This document shows, piece after piece, positions 53,201-58,939 of a DNA stretch of 64,000 bases (its first letter is position 1; each line of letters starts with the position of its first letter). The translations under genes and the position numbers were made by a program. Below the pieces are notes generated by a model. It saw only the letters and a program-made list of their open reading frames with translations, ran no database searches and had not been told where the DNA came from. Where the stretch lies: positions 203,856,001 through 203,920,000 of the forward strand of contig NC_042997.1 in assembly GCF_006345805.1 (NCBI RefSeq). Direction: 5' to 3'. The DNA comes from Octopus sinensis. Taxonomy: Eukaryota.

Positions 53201-56200
53201 CTGGCAGTCAAGCAGCAAAGCAAAACAGAAAAGGGATTTAATGAGAGTAATCTCCCTCAACCTTTTAGAAAGTTCTCGAATATTCTAGAAACTTCCAGTT
53301 GACATAGAATCCCTTTTCCGTTTTGCTTTCCTGCTTGACTGCCACTAAGGTTCACTACAGCCATTACTAACCTGTTTTCATTAACTACTAGTATTACTAA
53401 CTTTTTAGACTGTTATTAACCATACTAATAGTAACTACTAATACAAGCTATATTAACTATTGCTAGTACTAACAATATTAACTTTTAGTAATCTTAATTG
53501 TATTAAATGCTAGTAACCATATTCTGTTAAATTTTTCTAATTCTGTTAGTAACACTGGTTCTCTTAGTACTTCTTAACACTATTAACTGTTAGAAACTTT
53601 AACTGCTAATTCTCCTTTATACTAATTCAGTTAATAGTTACAAACACTTAATTAACTATTCCTATTACAAACTCTATTACTAACATTAACTATATTAAAT
53701 GTTGTCAAACTTAAATGTATCAACTATTCTTAATACTAACTCTATTAAATGTTAATAATACTGACTGTTGTCAAAACTAAATACTGTTATCCATTCTAGA
53801 CCTATTAACTTTTACTATCACTAACTACACTAACTGTTACTAAAAACTAATCTGATCAAATATTACTGGTATTAACCCTTTCGATACCAACCCGGCCAAA
53901 ACCGGCTCTGGCTCTGTGGTACAAATGTGTTGTTTTCATAAGTTTTGAATTAAAATCTTCCACCAAACCTTAGTCACAATTTATGTTCCTAACACTAGCT
54001 TAATGATATCTAAGTTATTTTACTAAATTCTTTGTTATATTTAAAATTAATTGAAAAAACACAGAGCATCTCAAAAGAATTATTTTAACAAAAAGATTAC
54101 AATAACGATAAACGTCAGCCTTTTCAAGCCTAGCCAGGATCATGGGCCCGGTTTCCATGGCATTTGTGTTCCCCCCAGCTGGACAGGACGCCAGTCCATC
54201 GCAGCATTACTCAAGAAACAGGAAGAGAGAGTGAAAGAAAGTTGTGGCGAAAGAGTACAACAAGGGTCGCCACCACCCCCTGCTTGAACCTCGTGGAACT
54301 TTTAGGTGTTTTCGCTCAATAAACACACACAACGCCCAGTCTGGGAATTGAAACCACAATCCTCCGACCATGAGTCTGCTGCCCTAACCACTGGGCCATT
54401 GCACCTTCACAACAAAAGGATTAGCAAATGATTAATTTAACCCTTTTGATATCAACCCAGTTGAAACCACCTCTGGCTTTGTAGTACAAATGTCTTTTTT
54501 TCATAAGTTTTGAATTAAAATCTTCCACCAAATCTTAGTCACAATTTATGTTCCTAACACTAGCTTAATGATAACTAAGTTATTTTACTAAATTCTTTGT
54601 TATATTCAAAATTAATTGAAAAATACACAGAACATCTCAAAATAAATACAGTAACAAAAAGAGTTAATTTAATTAATGACTACTAACATTAACCCAGTTA
54701 TTAATTGTTGGTGGCACGTAAAAAGCACCTACTCCACTCTTGGAGTGGTTGGCATTAGGAAGAGCATCCAGCTGTAGAAATCTTGCTAGATCAGATAGAA
54801 GCCTGGTGCAGCCTCCTGGCTTGCCGGTCTTCAGTCAAACCGTCCAACCCATGCCAGCATGGAAAGTAGACATTAAACGATGATGATGATTAATATTGGC
54901 GATATTAACTGCTATAAACTTTTAAGTTGATGTGGTTCACAGGATGAGCTTCTGGATCCTCAGAAGTTTCCCGTTCAGAGAGCAAAATGTCATCGTTCCC
55001 CTCTTCCACTCCTTTGTATGGCTACACCTAGAATAGTGCTGCCCTTTGTGGACTCCTAATGCCAAACAAAACATTATAAGAACTGAGTCGCCCCCGAGAG
55101 CATTCACTAAATATACAAAAGCAGGAGTAATCTTGATCATTGGGAGTGCATTAAAACATTGAATCTCTATTCTTTCCGGCACTGTTGTGAGCTCTACATA
55201 ATTTGCACAATGTGGAAAATATACAACTAGCATTGCCCAAACAATCCTAACATTAGATTCAGAATTCGTCTAAGGCTGGGGGTATTTGTCATACAATTGA
55301 GGCTCACAACACATAAATTCACTGCAACACAATACTTTTTCACAATAGGCCCTGCTCTATTGAACATAATCCCAAAACAAATCAAAACATTCACCTTCAA
55401 ACAAAACCTTCTTCAAAGGATACCAGATAAACCACATATATCTGGGTACATCTCAGTAAACAACAACTCCCTTCTTGCATGGGCCATGATACTACAAAAC
55501 TTGTCTTGAAAATGACTTGACAGATCCTATCAGGTGGTGCTATTAAGTTAGACATGCCCAGGGGCCATTCTTTGGCTGAAACACATCTAAGTCATCTGAC
55601 TCTGTTAACTAAGTTTGTTAACAGCTATTAACACTATTAACTCCTCATGAACTACATGAGTAAAAGCACACCAAGCGGTGCCATAAAGGACATGTGTTTC
55701 TGCATTGTTACACTTCATCATCCACAGACACCAAATCCCAACTCTATGTCTTTGCACACATCTTTATATATAAAAGTGAGGTTGTGTGCTGTCTGTCTCC
55801 TACGATTTAGATTCCTAACCACTCCCACATTTTGCGGTGCAGTTTAACCAAAACCGGGTATCTTATAGTTGTGATTCATATCGAGCCCTTCTGGGTATTA
55901 GCGCGCGTCTACGATTTAAAAAATAATTTACCATCAATTTTTCCCCATTTTTAATGCATTTTTGGCATATATAAGGGAAGTAACTCTCTAAAAAGTTATT
56001 ATTAAATCTCAGAACGTAAAAAACCACAGTAACAACTCCCTTTGTGGTTAGCCATATTGAGATGGCTATTATACTTTACATCTCTAAAAATGTTTATATA
56101 GTTATTTCCCTTACAAACCCAAGCAACGCCGGGCGATACTGCTAGTTGTCTATAAAAGATTTTCGTCTCAGACAATTACTTCAGTGAAGATCTTCCCACA

Positions 56201-58905
56201 TTTGAACATACATAGTTGTATTAGATATAAATGTACACAGCTCTATTTCAATCAATGCTGTTTAGTATGCCTTTAATTTATTAATTCCAGCTTGACAAAG
56301 CTTTACCTCATCATCGCTTAATGTCCACTTTCCATGCTGGCTTGGGTTGGACGGTTTGACCGAGGACTGGCAAGCCAGGAGGCTGCACCAAGCTCCAATA
56401 TGATCTGGTAAAGTTTCTACAGCTGGATGCCCTTCCTAACATCAACACCAGCAAATTCATTATTTTGTGTTTGCATAGGAGAACATCAGCTCTTAATGGG
56501 CGATGGATGACATGCTGTTGCCGATGAAGTGTAACAACACAGAATCGTATGTCCTATAGTTGGACAATATCATTCACAACCCAGCTGATAACCCCTTAAA
56601 GACAATTTTCCCAAAACTTGTCTACAAGGGGAATTTCTCTTCCAGGCAGTTACTGACGTGAAGATCCTTCAATGGTTTGAGTGTACACAAAATCATCATT
56701 TAATGTCCATGTTCCATGCTGGCATGGGTTGGACAGCTTGGCAGTATCTGTCAGAGCCAAGGACTGTGTTGTGCTGCAGTATCTCATTTGGCCCTTCATC
56801 ATCATCATCATCATTGTTTAACGTCCGTTTTCCGTGCTAGCACGGGTTGGACGGTTCGACCGGGGTCTGGGAAGCCAGGGGCTGCACCAGGCTCCAGTCT
56901 GATCTGGCAGAGTTTCTACAGCCGGATGCCCTTCCTAACGCCAACCACTCCGCGAGTGTAGTAGGTGCTTTTTACGTGCCACCTGCACAGGTGCCAGGGG
57001 GCTCTGGCATCGGCCACGATCGGTTGGAGCATTTAACGTGCCACCGGCACGGAAGCCAGCCAAGGCTATGTAGATACTGAATGTGTTTTTTTTTTTTGGT
57101 GCAATACCAGCATTAGTGAAAATGCCATGCAGCCTGTAAGACTAAGACCCCTTCAGGTGAGTATGGCTACACTACAGAAGGGGGCAGCTTTATACTAGGG
57201 AAATGAAGGGGTCAGAACAGGACATGTTTCTTGTTGTAGATGAGCAACATGTCTATTCATATTAAAGAAGAAAGATATAAATAGTGGGTGTAAAGTCAGG
57301 GTAGACCCTCAAGTTGCGAAGTGAGTCGAAGTATCAATGAGAAAATAAACAACAAAAGAGGCTTTGTTTTAACAAGACTTAGTGATGTAAATAATAATAA
57401 TAATAATAATAATCAATGGCTGCAGAAAATGCATCAAAGCCAAGTGCTTTTCGAAATACACTGGATTTCAGGGCAGTTGAAATCCCAATAACACTACAAG
57501 GTAATGTAACATTTAGTAATTCTGTTTTGTCTTTGGTTGTTTCTAAAGTTCATTCAGTACTGCAAACATAGAAATAATTAATGTAATTTTTTTTATATTC
57601 CATATGAAAGTTATCTTTTAATGTCCATTTTCTATGCTGGCATGGGTTGGACGGTTTGACAGGAGCTAACCAGCCAGAGAGTGGCACCAGGTTCCAATTG
57701 TCTGTTTCACCATAGTTTCTACAGCTGGATGCCCTTCCTAATGCCAAGCACTTTACAGAGTGTACTGGGTGCTTTTTACATGGTGGTAGGGCTGCCTCAG
57801 GTGACCCTACCAGGAACTGAAGTTCCCAATGGCATAGCTCTGACATTGCCTGTTTACACCACCCTACCGTTTTGAGGAGGAGTTGGACTTTAGGGTAGCT
57901 TAGTGGTTAGGGCATTCAGCTCATGATTGTTAGGTCATGAGTTCAATTCCCAGCAGCATGTTGTGTCCTTGAGCAAGACACTTTGTTTCACATTGCCCCA
58001 GTCCACTCAGCTGGTAGAAATGAGTAGTACTTGTATTTCAAAGGGGCCAGCCTTGTCACACTCTGTTTCAAGCTGAATCTCCCTGAGAACTATGTTAAGC
58101 GTATGTGTGTCTGTGGAGTGCTCAGCCACTTGCATGTTAATTTAATGAGCAGGCTGTTCCGTTGATTGTGTAAATGTGAACCCTTGTCTTTGTAGAAACT
58201 TGTTTGTCTCTCACAATGAATCATTAAATATTTCCCATTTCTTTAACGTTTTTCTTGTTCCTTCTCTCGACAGGTTGTGGGGGTCGTCTTAGGTGTGTTT
58301 TCAGTGTTACTCATTATCCTGTTGATTGTTCTATACAAGAAATATGCATCGAATATCTTCCTCTGTGACATTTGGCAAAGATATAGAATGGTAAGTATTT
58401 AGATGCCTTTATAAAGGAATTCTCCGTGCCGGTGGCACGTAAAAAGCACCATCTGATCGTGGCCATTGCCAGCCCCACCTGGCCCCCGTGCCAGTGGCAC
58501 ATAAAAAGCACCATCCGTCCGTGGCCGTTTGCCAGCTCCGTCTGGCACCTGTGCGGGTGGCACGTAAAAAGCACCCACTACACTCTCGGAGTGGTTGGCG
58601 TTAGGAAGGGCATCCAGCCGTAGAAACACTGCCAGATCAGACTGGGCCCGATGCAGCCTTCTGGCTTCACAGACCCCAGTTGAACCGTCCAACCCATGCT
58701 AGCATGGAAAGCGGATGCTAAATGATGATGATGATGATGTATGGTTGTGAAGTTAAGAAACTTGTTTTGCATCTGTGTTTCTAGGTTCAATCCCATGGTT
58801 TATCAGCAGCCTGGGCCGAGTGTGTTCAACCATAGCCTCGGGTTGCACATGAAATTTGGTTGAGATCTGTGCATAAACCCTTCACACACACAAATACACA
58901 TATCA

Positions 58906-58939
<34 letters not shown>

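Larger units (their letters stand above)
41815..55645 (+). repeat. degenerate 25-bp minisatellite (consensus about ACTAACACTAACTCTATTAACTGTT) fragmented by TE insertions
   Basis: TACTAAC at 41835 and 41860 (period 25); blocks e.g. 42940-43095, 45355-45660, 47800-48500, 48785-49230, 52560-53180, 53360-53870. Confidence 0.85.

Noticed and set aside
41815-55645. Interstitial telomeric repeat or mucin-like coding exon interpretation of the ACTAAC array
   Set aside because: The 25-bp period is not a multiple of 3, frames are full of TAA stops, and CCCTAA units are only sporadic.
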